A stretch of 64,000 bases of DNA from Octopus sinensis (Eukaryota): assembly GCF_006345805.1 (NCBI RefSeq), contig NC_042998.1, positions 45,570,001-45,634,000 of the forward strand. Direction: 5' to 3'. A program made the position numbers and the translations under genes. This document shows, one piece after another, positions 1-11,763 of the stretch. Under the pieces are notes generated by a model. The model worked only from the letters and a program-made list of their open reading frames with translations, was not told the DNA's origin and did no database searches. Numbering within the stretch: position 1 is the stretch's first letter; every line of letters starts with the position of its first letter.

Positions 1-1130
1 CCTTTTGTGTGATTGGAGGTAACGTACATCAGTAAGAGTCCAGTCGGAGTTACGTGCCGGGTTGACGATCAGAAAAACCATTTTGATCTTCAGGAATTAT
101 AAAATTATCCAGCGAGACTCTCAATACAATTCCGTTTTTCAGAAAAAAGACATGGGAAAACAAACTGAAAGTCTGCAAACTGAGTGTAAATTAAACTAAA
201 AAACACCCAATACGAAATTGCACTTCTTTTTACTAAACTATCGTAGCAGATGCAATCAAAAGCAATATTATTTTTAACGACACTATATCTAAGTTATGTC
301 TTCATGATTATTGACTTAAACATAATCGATTTGAGGAAGCTTTCTGCCGTTTGACCGGAAAATATCATATTTTGAGAATAGATAGATCAACTGTTGTGAG
401 CAAGAAAGTGCAGGGCGGGATTGCCCAATTAGTTACTATTAAATATAAGATAACAATTATTCAGTCAGAAACTACTCCTGGAGTCCATTAGATGCATATT
501 TCTATTATTTTCCAAATTCTAATGATAAATTCTCATGTTTTCTCTTTAAACGAATCAGTTTTCAGAAACGTTAGATTTTATACTTCGTGAAATATTGGAA
601 TGATATGAATCAAGAAGAATGAGTACAAGATTTTATCATCATTATAGGTTTTATTCAGCACATTAATGAGCCAACTCATATTAATCATAACACTCGATTT
701 AATTTTCACAAACAGTTAAGTTGGGAATGTTTCGTTTTATGATCCAGAAAGTGAAACGACTGAAGTCAGCAAAGATTAATTACCGGAAATTCGACAATTA
801 AACAAAAGCGAAGCAGTTTTCTTTGAAATGGAATAAAAGTTATACAATCCTAATATAATAAAAAGATGATTGCAAATCCGATTTTTGTGAGGTGCTTTGG
901 TTTATTTTATATGTTTTATAATAATAAACAAAAATATAAGAATTAGAATACCACCGAAGGCATTTAATTATTTATTACCCAGCAATACATAGGTTCTAGA
1001 AGGTAATGCATTGGTTCGTTACAGTAAGGAATTATGAATTAATCTCAACGATGTAAGGGAGTTTACTGCAGTTTCAGCGCTCGTGCCGTGCCACAGAATT
1101 CCTTTCAGTCAGTTCATCGATGCTAATGAT

Positions 1131-1357
1131 ATCTATTTCTTTACTGCCCACAAGGGGCTACACACAGAAGGGACAGACAAACGGATTAAGTCGATTATAT
1201 CGACCTCAGTGCGTAACTGGTACTTATTTAATCGACCCCGAAAGGATGAAAGACAAAGTCGATCTCGGCGGAATTTGAACTCAGACCGTAACGGCGGACG
1301 AAATATGGCTACGCATTTCGCCCGGCGTGCTAACGTTTCTGCCAGCTCGCCGCCTTA
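1131..1357 (-). mobile_element. tRNA-derived SINE, family A (representative copy). Other copies lie near 5375-5550, 11340-11440, 23200-23600, 33785-33995, 35890-36110, 36535-36970, 44190-44400, 56370-56650 and 56985-57600.
   Basis: Reverse complement reads ggcgagctggcagaaacgttagcacgccgggcgaaat...ctgagttcaaattccgccgag...tttcatcctttcggggtcg. The same sequence recurs many times in the window and carries a B-box-like gagttcaaattcc. Confidence 0.8.
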
Positions 1358-1639
1358 CCGATGTTGATATCATCCACAATTCTCACGAGTAGTTGTATAA
1401 AAGAACCAGTCTTTTCTTCTACACATAAACAATTTCGAAAATAGATTTTCAGTTTCAAAATTAAGAAGAAAAAAAAGCAGCGTTTTCCAATCTAATTGCC
1501 GAGTTTGGTCAAGTACTCCTAAACATTATTTTACTTTCATTTTAAGCAGATTTTATGTATGATAATTATAAGTAATGTAACACTGATGTATCTTATCATT
1601 TTTGACTTTCATGAAAATATTAAATGAGGAATTTTTTTT

Positions 1640-4010
1640 ATCACAGCAGCTGATCGCACACGACAAGGTTTAACGGAACCTATTGAAGCAAACCAGCACG
1701 CTCGCAGCATCACCACGAGTGATGGTGTGGCTAAGGCGTTGGGAATGCCAAGCGCCCTTATGGGCCATCACCTGACACCTCGTTGAGGCGAGCTGCCAAC
1801 GTCAAGAACTTCGCGGTTAGTGGCCCGGTCGCTCCGAACGTCTCAAATGCCACAGGTTGGAAGATAGAGTTAACTGTCAGGTCCCGAAACTTCAGGGTTT
1901 TCTTCCGTTCGACTAAAGAAGCAGTGACCCTCCCATTAATTGCATCATCCAGGATGTGGAAGGGAGCAACGGAATCGCAGACTGTGGCGTCCCAAATGAG
2001 GTACCTGCCTCTAACCCAGGGACAGAGGGTAAGATCATCTGGTCTCTTTCCATCACTTCTATATAATCTCGATGATTCCAGAACTGAGGGGATATTAATC
2101 CGAGCCAGAGCCGCTCAATGATTAGGTTTAGCTCGGTGTGACGAGCGAAGCAACAAGCATTTAGGCGACGAGACAGACCGTGAAGACCTGTGGGGTCGCT
2201 GGACCTACCACAGTAGAATCTCAGTCCCCTAAAGACGTCAGCTCCCACTTTGAGTGCAATGGAGATGCGGAATTCATCTGGACTGAGTAGACCTCTAATG
2301 TTGGCCACAGACAGGGCATCAATCCAGTCCCCTGGGAATTTTGCATTAGCTGAAAGTAGGTGACATCTTGAAAATTAATCAGATTGGTCAATGAGATAGT
2401 TGAAAGTGGCACCTGAACTCAGATTATACCATACTCTCTGTTTTCGTCTATCCTCCACTGTAACCGGAACTGACAAACCTAGCTGTCTCCAAGGTGATAG
2501 AGCTTTATCCATCTCTCAGTTGGAATTAGTCCACGTTGGAGAGGAGAGCATGTTGCCTACCAAAGGGGAACAAGTGTGGATGGAGGGAAGAAAACAGGGA
2601 AGAGATAAAGACGAGCACTTGTGCAGACCTAGACCCCCAAACTATTTGAGCAAAGAAGCTTGGTCACGGGGGTCTGGGAAGAGTTTGACATTGACCAAGC
2701 ATTCGAGTTTCCTGAAGATTAGATCTTCAAAGTATTGGAGGGACGACAGGAATCTGTAAGAGGGACTAATTCCTAAGTATAAAAAACCTTGGTGGGGTTC
2801 AATTCAAGGTTTTTTAAAAGTTGTTCGAGGTTAACCAATTTGGACCTAAAGATGGACTCGAAAGCTAGGTTAGTAATTGGGGAGCACCATGCTGATGAAG
2901 GAGGAATCGCGATTGAGGAGAGGGAGTCAGCAGATAGTTTAGTAGTCGCTCATCGAAGTTGGGTGGTTGAGGAAACAGCTCGCATTTGGTCGGCTAAGAC
3001 CTTCATGAGGTCAGGCACGCTTTTGCTGTGAGCCGTCGCAGAGTACAACCAACTGCTATAGGGCGGAGGTCACTGTTGGGCTTGGTGAGACCAAATAGTT
3101 TGGCCCCAAAGAACAGGAGACGAATGTAAGCAAGGACACTCTCGGACAAGAACAAGTTTATAAACTGTGTTAGGTTCTCCAAGAGTTCGAGCCCAGCATC
3201 ACCAGCTGACAGGGAGATACTATCCTTGAGATGCTAAAACCGTAAGCCATCGATCCCAGCGCCGGAACCAGCTGGAAAAGAGTCAATTGCTCTTCTGACA
3301 TTGTCAGGAGTGAAGATGGGTTGTAGAAATCTTGGTGGATCGGACCAGTGTAGTGATCATCTAGAGGGGGCCGAATGATGTTTCTCCTTCAGGTACACTG
3401 GACAAGGGAGGACAGAGAGGAAAGGAGGTGAACAGCCCCTTTAGAGTTAAATTCGCTGAATTTAGCATTAACAGCCTTCTTTAAGTTAGGTGGTCGACCA
3501 TTGTTCGAGGTTGAGCTGATGATCGACCTGAGATGAACAGTGGTTAGGGTAGATTCGAACAGCTCGAACTGCCATTTTAGGGAAGAAGTGAAGGATTCAC
3601 TATTCCCATTTTTTACGTGGAGGGAGACCAAAGGGAACAGGAACAGTTTTTGCCAATCCGTGTTGTTGTTGGATAGGCAGACATTCTTCAGCAGTTTCGA
3701 GAGAACACGGGCGAAACAAATTCGAGTACCCTTAGAGATCCGACTGACGAGCTTCGGTTTGGACAAACCCTGGAGGGCGGCGGCAAACTCTTTAACAGGG
3801 ATCTGGACTTCAGCGCAAGGTTGTCCTACTAAGGATGTCAGAGCTGAAGTGACATCGGTTGCATGTCCAGATAAAAAAACTTTCGGCTTGAACCTTAATA
3901 ATGCCGACGCAGCTCCTGTGGTAACTTCGACTACACAACTGACATTTGATGGTCTTCAAATAACGACTTGTACGGGTGCAGAGAATACAGCTTAAAGGTG
4001 AGCTAGCATT
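1640..4010 (-). mobile_element. Decayed CRE-clade non-LTR retrotransposon (PHD finger - RT - restriction-like endonuclease)
   Basis: Broken minus-strand frames give a C4HC3 PHD finger (3852-3989), an RT N-terminal segment FGAKLFGLTKPNSDLRPIAVGCTLRRLTAK (about 3020-3110), GLHGLS...RHTELN and the REL motif RSDGKRPD...WDAT (about 1985-2065). There are several frameshifts and stops. I could not find the QGDP/YLDD core, which suggests an internal deletion. Clade assignment is from recalled family motifs. Confidence 0.8.
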
Positions 4011-4818
4011 TCTACGAATTTATACAAAAATTTTAAATGCTTATAAATTAGTTCGCGTTAACTGGCCTTAATCTTTTTGTTCTTGCATTTGTGTAGGAAA
4101 CGAGAGGAACTTTTTAATAATATTCTTTCTGATTTTATAATTAACAATGTTCCACTCTTTCTTTCTTTTTTTTTTCTTAAACTATTTCAAATTTCAAATA
4201 ATCAAGAGACTGCAAAAATTTCATTCAATACATTTATATTTTTAAAATCTCTGGAAAACAATTTGAAATTATTTTTACATGCTAAGAATTGCAAGAAATT
4301 TAAGAAGGCAGTACATTTATAGTTCTGAAAATGAAATAAAACATTGGGCTTTTCTGAAATTTGTAAATTTTAGAAAACCTATTGTTTGCCTTAATTGACG
4401 AGAATCATATTCTTAATTTTAATAAACAGCAATCAAAATAACAGAATCTACGTAAACTTTTATTTCTTTAAGCCATCCATTTCTGGTGGGCCTTTATGCC
4501 TGACACATATAAAGGTTATTTAACTTCTCTTTCGTATCGCAAAAACCCCTCTGTCTTCATTATTCAATTTACTTTTATATCAAAATATTTCAAGCAAACT
4601 ATAACGCTCTTCTTTGATAAGACTATTTCATTTAATATGTTTCTTCAGCTTTCACTGAAAACATGCAATAAAAAATTAATTTCCATCATTAGAACTCAAC
4701 TACTCTGTGATCATATAAAAGCTTTCCTCTAAATCAGTGCTTCACAAAGTGGGAGGTACCACCCCACGACCTCTGGAGGCGGTGGAAAGTTTTATATAGG
4801 TTGTAGGGACCAAAGGGG

Positions 4819-4942
4819 GGTACTACTAGTCGATCCTTACTTTGTGTTTTATTTACTTTGCTAGGTAGTAGTTGTAGGATCGACTAGTCACGACTAGCTA
4901 GCGCGGATGCGCTCACCGGGACCACTCTTCTTAAGTAGTACC
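4819..4942. mobile_element. Merlin-type MITE, partly deleted copy
   Basis: Termini GGTAC...GTACC are flanked by the 9-bp direct repeat ccaaagggg (4810-4818, 4943-4951). The right arm matches the MITE at 12613-12841. Confidence 0.7.
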
Positions 4943-4992
4943 CCAAAGGGGGCTGTTTATAAGGGTACGATTGATGCATCTGTGTATGTGTG

Positions 4993-5024
<32 letters not shown>

Positions 5025-6032
5025 ACATATTAAAGTTTATTTGTCTTGTTTAAATATTAGCAAAAAAGAAATAAATGTAATATGATGAACTGCTTCGTAG
5101 TCACAGTTGCAACACATCAAATACAAATCGGAATATAAAGTTAAATTTCAACTGGTATCTCTAGCAAAGACGTGTTTGGATTTTACAGGAGTCATGAGAA
5201 AAGGGTTGGGTCAATAACTAAAGTCAGGCGGTGATGCGTTAAATATTCGCTTATATTAGGTCGGTGCTGTGGCAAGTAGTCGCCTGCAGCAAGATTGTAC
5301 TCGGAATTAAATTACTCAATCCTTATATTACGTATATGTATATTAAAAGAAAAGCGGCAAGCTGGCGTTATCGTTAGCACATTGGACAAAATGTTTAGCG
5401 GCTATTAACCGGCCCTTTACGTTCTGAGTTCAAATCCCACCGAGGTCAACTTTGTTATCCCTTCGGGGTGGATAAAATAAAGTCCCAGTGAAGCACTGGA
5501 GTCGATGTAAAAGTCCTCTCTTCTCAAAGTTGCTGGCTTCGAACCCTGCAACGAACTAGTGTCCCATTCAAAGCGAGTGTTATGATCTCGATCTCGCCAG
5601 AGAAACCGGGTAACCGACCTCAAGAAATAATAAAAATAATAATAGGAACATTGGCAGAATACCAATAGTGGATGTTGAAAGAAATTTGAGAAGTATCACC
5701 TTTTGGTGTCGATGGGTTCCTACACAAACAATTTACCTTCTGATATAAAAAATGAAATAAATATATATATAGGTGTAGGAGTGGCTGTGTGGTAAGTAGC
5801 TTGCTTACTAACAACATGGTTTCGGGTTCAGTTCCACTGCGTGGCACCTTGGGCAAGTGTCTTCTACTATAGCCTCGGGCCGACCAAAGCCTTGTGAGTG
5901 GATTTGGTAGATGTAAACTGGAAGAAGCCCGTTGTATATATATATATATGTGTGTGTGTGAGTGTATATGTTTGTGTGTCTGTTTGTCCCCCCCCCCCAG
6001 CATTGCTTGACAACCGATGCTAGTGTGTTTAG

Positions 6033-6317
6033 TGTGGTGTGTGCAAGATAGTTGATATATAAAGGCACCTATCTTCTCTTCGCTCCGATAGAGACCCTCC
6101 AGTGGTAACGGATCCTTCGTTACAGCCCCGACCCGACCCGAACGCTAAAGATAGCAGCTGCTTCACGCAACCTTAACAACGTCTTCACACGTCTTAACAC
6201 CTCGACGACCCACGTTGGAAAGGCCGAAATCCCCGCTGCCTGCGCACGCCTCACTGCTGACCCTTCCGGTTGCCCCAGCTTCCGGTCAATGCACCCAGCT
6301 GCTGACGTCATCCCACA
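6033..6317 (-). repeat. 3' LTR (complete, 285 bp)
   Basis: Direct repeat of 9369-9604, with about 6 substitutions and two small indels over about 235 bp by manual alignment. Has TG...CA ends. Confidence 0.9.
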
Positions 6318-6330
6318 CGCCACCCTGATC

Positions 6331-9189
6331 TTAAAGATCACAATCTCTCCGCTCCATGTCATAGTCCACCATGCAACCGGGAGGGCGTCTTGCGCGTCGG
6401 GATCTTCTCAAGCTTGGCACCTCGTTCTCCCCCTCTCCAGAATCGTCGTCCGTCGAAGCGACAATCCTGCGAAGGTCCAAGACGTGTCGCGGCATTCCAT
6501 CCACGGATACGTTGTTTCTGGAATTGACCGCCGTCACCGTTCCTCTGCTCCATTGAGACGTACAGCGCGCCTTTGGTGGCTTAACCCAGACTTCCTCCCC
6601 TATTTTCACGCGAACGGGTCCCTTTTCTTCCTCGTGACCCTCCGGCGCTTTGCTCGGGTGCCTCCATTCATATTTGAACACAGCTCTCTGTGGCACAGAT
6701 TCCTCAGCTTGTCCGGATCGGGGAGACAAGTTGTACCAAAAAACTGCTTCAAGCGGCGAAATGTGCCCTCTTTCCGCTATGGCCTTGACTGTCCGATGGT
6801 GCCTCTCCACGATCCCGTTACCGCTCGGCCTATACGCTGCTCTGAACAAGCGACGCACATTCCACCGATCAAGCATAACCCTCAATGCTTCCGAACGAAA
6901 CACCGCCCCGTTGTCCATCAGTAGTTCTTCCACGGGACCTCTCTCTAAAAATATCCCGTTCAGGATCTGCGCGATCTCGTCAGCAATGCCCGTTCTTAAC
7001 TCCCTCCAAATGGCCAGCCGGCCTGGCCCGCAGTCGATCATGGAGAGGTACATTCCCTGACGGTAGTGCGTCACATCCACAGCTAGCCTTTTCCAGTTCT
7101 GCTCCACCGAAAGGCTTCCCTGTTCATGCCCACACGGAGCAGGGTCGATGGACTGACACCTGTCACAGCTCCCGACCACCTTCCGGATGCTTCTCCTAGT
7201 GACGTCAGCATCAATTTTCTTCGCCAGATACAGGGTCCTGTCCACACCCAGGTGATGCATAGCGTGCAGTCTCTTCAGTTCGGAGTCATCCAACCGACAC
7301 GCCGCAGCTATCCCTTTCCGGGCCTCCTCCGGTTCTTCCAACCACGCTCGTTTCACCCTGGTCAGTGCGTCCGCCCTGTTTTTCTCCGAAGGCACGAAAA
7401 CCACATTCAGCTTCAGTCCGAACTCGGCGATCAATTCACCTAGAACTCCTAGACGGCGCTTCACTAACATCTCTGCGGCACCTTTCGTCCGCACTCTCCT
7501 TTCACCGGTGATCACCGATCCTACCCAGCCAAGCACAGTGGCCGAATCCGTCCGGATCTCAATTGTGCGCAGCCCCCATTTCAGGGCCAAGTTCATCCCT
7601 TTCAGCACCGCATCTAATTCGGCGACATTGATGTGGTTGAAATCATCTGCTTTCCGAAGCCAGGCCACGTCCACCGCAGCACCTTCGATTGCCAACACAA
7701 CCCCTATCGCTATACTGCTAGCATCACACCAGACGGTCCCGCATTCCGTGTTGGGCACGTACCAGTTCCCCCTGACCGGGTTTTCCGCTCTCGTCCTCTC
7801 TAGGATTTCCTGCATCATCGCCACCGTCCCTTCCCCCACCTTGTCGCCCCAACTCCCCCTTTCTGCTCGTCTCTTGGTGTAACTACACGCCGTGCGCAGC
7901 CATCCGGCGATCGGGTAGTGACCGACCAACTTCCCACACACCGAGAACAGCTCCCTCCTGCTGACGCTGGAACTCAGCTCTGGGATTTCATTCCCTCTCC
8001 GGAACACCAATTCACCCGATCTATCTCTTCGCAGCTTCAGCCCCAGCGCGGTTCTCCCTTCCATCGACTCCGGTGGCTTCGCAATCAGTCCGAACTTCGC
8101 CAGATGTCTAACTACCTCGTTGGCTGGCACTACAGTTTCGTCCACCAAAATGTCGTCAATGTAGGAGCTGGTGGCCTTTCTAATCTTGCCGTCTTTCCCT
8201 AGGACGGACTTAAGCACTGCCGCCATGATCTTCGGAGCGGAATTCAGCCCGAAATCAGCCTGGTTAAACAGTACGCCCGGCCTTTGTACCGCACCAGCTG
8301 ATATCGCCACAGTTTGTCGCTCACATGGAGCTGCAAGTATGCCGATTTCAAGTCGACAATCGTTGCTGCCTCGGTCGACTGTCTCCACGCACGTAACGTC
8401 TCGCCACAAACGTCTATCGCCTCACCTCCCGTGTGACACGATATATGCTGGTTTAGCTCCCTGAAGTCCAACACCGGTCTGACTTTTCCCTTTGTAGGTT
8501 GCACCACCGCCATCAGGGGTAGCACTCCGCCCGTTACCTCCTCCTTCCAAGGGACAAGGACCCCTTCCTCGATCCACCTCTCCACCTCGTCTTCAAACTC
8601 AACCCTAGCGTGGCCTTTCAGGGTATGCTGGTAACAGCTCACCCTGTTTTCCAGCGTCGGGGGCTCGTCCTTCCATCGCCACTCTATCGTCCACCGCCTG
8701 AAAGTCTTTGTCCTCGATGGTGTAAGCGGCGCAGTCCCTCGCGGGGCTCTGCTCTCTCTGGCGATCCTGGCTCGCAGTGCACGACGCCCCCACGCTTCCG
8801 AACGTGACCTCAATTCCCACAACACCAACGCCACCAAGGCAGTTGATGGCGTCCATCCCCATCACCACATCAACACCATCTATCACGCGTTCAGCCACAA
8901 TTACCTGCAGCCTTAGCGTCGCGCCGCGCACCACTATCTCTACCTTGCTGCTGCCTCTGCAACGGATTTCGCTGCCGTCGACCGCCCGGACGCTACTTGC
9001 CCCGTTCCATTCCTTCGTCACCCTTGAAGTCACAAGGGTGGTCGTACAGCCCGTATCCACGAGGGCCTTGAATGTCTTCCCCTCGGCCTCCACGTCAATT
9101 AATGGCAGCGTCTCCAATAGCGCCTCTACTCGTTTGCGGGGAAAGTTCGAGAGGCAGCAACTTCCCCGCAGTCGTTTCCCTGGCCGCAA
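6331..9189 (-). pseudogene. Gypsy pol (protease-RT-RNase H-integrase), broken by two frameshifts
   Basis: Overlapping ORFs 8605-9189 (protease), 8244-8837 (RT N-half) and 6331-8409 (RT C-half, RNase H, integrase). Frame breaks lie near 8700 (DKDFQA/WTIEW) and 8260 (YCLTRL/FGLNSAP). Confidence 0.9.
9122..9180 (-). promoter_or_regulatory. -1 programmed ribosomal frameshift signal (G GGA AAC plus H-type pseudoknot) at the gag-pol junction
   Basis: Minus strand reads GGGAAAC gact GCGGGGAAGTT gct GCCTCT cg AACTTTCCCCGC aaacgagt AGAGGC. A -1 slip converts the gag frame (QGND) into the protease frame (GKRLRG). Confidence 0.85.
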
Positions 9190-9359
9190 TCACGGGCGAT
9201 GTGCCTTGTCTGCCTGCATCGATAGCAAACGGGTCCCGGTTGCGTACAGTCCCGCTCCATGTGCGACCCCTGGCATCTAAAACACCGACCTGTGAACGGC
9301 CGCTTCTGTACGTATTTCTCCGGTCGTTGTCCGTCTTTACGCACCTCCGTCACCGCCAT
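9126..9359 (-). pseudogene. C-terminal gag remnant with two zinc knuckles
   Basis: CFRCQGSHMERDC and CYRCRQTRHIARDC. It abuts the 5' LTR directly, so the PBS and most of gag are deleted. Confidence 0.85.
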
Positions 9360-9368
9360 CGCTATCGC

Positions 9369-9604
9369 CTTCCGCTCCGATAGAGACCCTTCAGTGGTAA
9401 CGGATCCTTCGTCACAGCCCCGACCCGAACGCTAAAGATAGCAGCTGCTTCACCCAACCTTAGCAACGTCTTCACATGTCTTAACACCTCGACGACCCAC
9501 GTTGGAAAGGCCGAAATCCCCGCTGCCTGCGCACGCCTCACTGCTGACCCTTCCGGTTGCCCCAGCTTCCGGTCAACGCACCCAGCTGCTGACGTCATCC
9601 CACA
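9369..9604 (-). repeat. 5' LTR, truncated at its U5 end
   Basis: Matches 6078-6317 but lacks the equivalent of 6033-6077. Confidence 0.9.
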
Positions 9605-9919
9605 TTTAGATCCCCGTAACTTAGCGGTTCGGCAAAAGAGACCCGATAGAATAAATACTAGGCTTACAAAGAATAAACTCTGGGGTCGATTTGTTCGACT
9701 ATAAAGGCGGTATTCCAGCATGGCCGCAGTCAAATGACTGAAACAAGTAACAGAATAAAAGAGTATATATCGATGGCTTCTTACACAAACAATGTAAAAA
9801 ATAAAAATAATATATATCGATTAATTTATTGAATGCGTATAGAATGAAATATTTCATTGAATAATTTATACAAACGAAAAACAAAAAAAAGGAGAAAGAT
9901 AAAGAAGAAAAAAGATATC

Positions 9920-10330
9920 AATGCAGCACCAAGTGCTTTATTTGGTCCCACACCCGAACCTACTGAAACAAGCCAACACGCTCGTGGCATTACCACGGGT
10001 GATGGCGAGGCTAAGGTGTTGGAAAAGCCAAGCACCCTCGGTAAGGCGAGCCGCCAACAATGGCAAGAACTTCGTCTTTAGCAGCCCAGCTCCTCAAAAC
10101 GCCACAGACTAGACTGGAAGAGATAGTTCATCGCCAGGTCCCGATACTTCAGGGTTTTGTTCTGTTCGGCTACGGAAGCAGTGACTCTCTCATTAACCGT
10201 CTGGGCAAAGCAGCCTGGTTGCGGGACTCTGGAAAGAGTCTGACAATGACCAAGCAAGCATTCAAGTTTCCTGAAAATTAGGTCGTCAAAACATTGGAGA
10301 GACAACGAGAATCTACGAGGGACTAACTAT
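9920..10330 (-). mobile_element. Second, internally deleted CRE-like fragment
   Basis: 9920-10200 aligns by eye to 1646-1935, and 10201-10330 aligns to about 2660-2770. The ORF reads FDDLIFRKLECL...AEQNKTLKYRDL. Confidence 0.7.
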
Positions 10331-11530
10331 GAGAAAATAGAACTTCGGAATCGGCATTCCTGGAATCTTTAATTGGAGAAACCATTATTTTAAATCAGTG
10401 GAGCGCTGTGTGATCAGGTCTCAGTTGAGCAGCGACGAAAATTCTGACGCCACAGTAAGTAAATGGGAAAATGAATTTAACAGATTTCATATGTTTTTAA
10501 ATGACTAAACTGGTTTTTTTTAAAATGAATTTATCAACACTAGCGGGATCCGTGAATATAAACCTATTGGGTTATTTCTGAAAACTTTATCAAAAAAAAA
10601 AAGAAAAAAAAGAAAGAAAAGAAAAACTGAAAGCGTAGACTGTGTTGTGTCTATATGGAACGATAATGACTCATTTGCTACTCACTGAAAAGTGAAAGAA
10701 ATTGGAATACGATGATTACTTAATGCACCTTATATATACACTTTATATACTTTATGCGCAATTTTATAGGCTTAATACACAGCACTCATAAAATAGATAT
10801 TCACTCTTATTTTCCCATTTTCCCCTTAAACAAAATAATATATATATATATATATATCGCCGTACATATGATAAACCTTTAGTTAAATTCCATATATCTG
10901 CCACGTAAATAAGCGTGAATATTTCATGGAATTGCACTTATGCACATGCATTAAGTGATAAGTGATATAAAAAAAAACTTAGTTCAATTTTTAAAAATAC
11001 ACTTTTTACTATCCAGTCACCACCACCACCTCTCCCTTCTGCCTTCCTTTAACCTTACCATCAGAACATCACCCCTCTGCTCAGATTATATTTTTAACTC
11101 TCCTCCCACTACCTTCAACTAACTTTTTTAACCACGTAATAAATATTATGTTCCTTCTATCTCACGTCAAGGACGCTTCTTTCTCCCTCTTCACCTTGTT
11201 CTCTTTTCTTTCTCCTCTCTTTCCCTTCAACTAATCACGTGAAAGCGTTACAATTACATTACTGACTTTAAGAAAGACTGGTTTCTCTATATCTGACCAA
11301 GTTCCTTGAGGATCTCGATATGATATTACTTACATGCGTGTTCCGCCGAGGTCGACTTTGCCGTTCATCCTTTCGGGGTCGATAAAATAAGTACCAGTTA
11401 CGCACTGGAGTCGATGTAATCTACTTACCCTCTTTCCCGAGCTTGCTGCTAGCCTTGTGCCTAAATTTGAAACCGATATTATTTGCAACAGTAGTTTTGT
11501 TTCTTTCGAATTTCGAAATCGTCAGTGCCA

Positions 11531-11556
11531 CATCTATCTATCTATCTGTATGTCTA

Positions 11557-11653
<97 letters not shown>

Positions 11654-11763
11654 GTCTGGCTGTCTGTCTGTCTGTCTGTCTGTCTGCCCGCCCGCCCGTC
11701 CTTCCGTCCGTCCGTCCGTCCGTCCGTCCGTCCGTCCGTCCGTCCATCCATCCATACATCCAC

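Larger units (their letters stand above)
6033..9604 (-). mobile_element. Gypsy/Ty3 LTR retrotransposon, defective
   Basis: Termini TGTGG...CCACA with 5-bp TSD tttag (6028-6032, 9605-9609). Two LTRs. Domain order is gag CCHC knuckles - protease (LVDTGC) - RT (YIDD) - RNase H (WCDAS) - integrase (HHCC, D-D-E). Confidence 0.95.
5773..9762 (+). mobile_element. CORE-like tRNA SINE split by the Gypsy insertion (5773-6032 and 9605-9762). Many other copies occur on both strands, e.g. 14395-14730, 42065-42480, 57710-58100, 60731-61115.
   Basis: tRNA-like head (gtggctgtgtggtaag...gggttcagttcc) followed by accttgggcaagtgtctt. The body resumes after 9604 (tccccgtaacttagcggttcggc), matching the uninterrupted copy at 60731-61115. 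Confidence 0.8.

Noticed and set aside
540-830. Possible terminal exons of an upstream gene (e.g. KLGMFRFMIQKVKRLKSAK...)
   Set aside because: Short frames with no homology and no consistent splice phase.
5773-5850. tRNA-like sequences (also 30640, 33203, 44050, 60731 and others)
   Set aside because: These are SINE heads. They have A/B-box-like motifs but no full cloverleaf, and each is followed by a SINE body.
6289-9383. Plus-strand ORFs of 100-210 aa across the Gypsy element
   Set aside because: Antisense shadows of a GC-rich pol frame, with no recognisable motifs.
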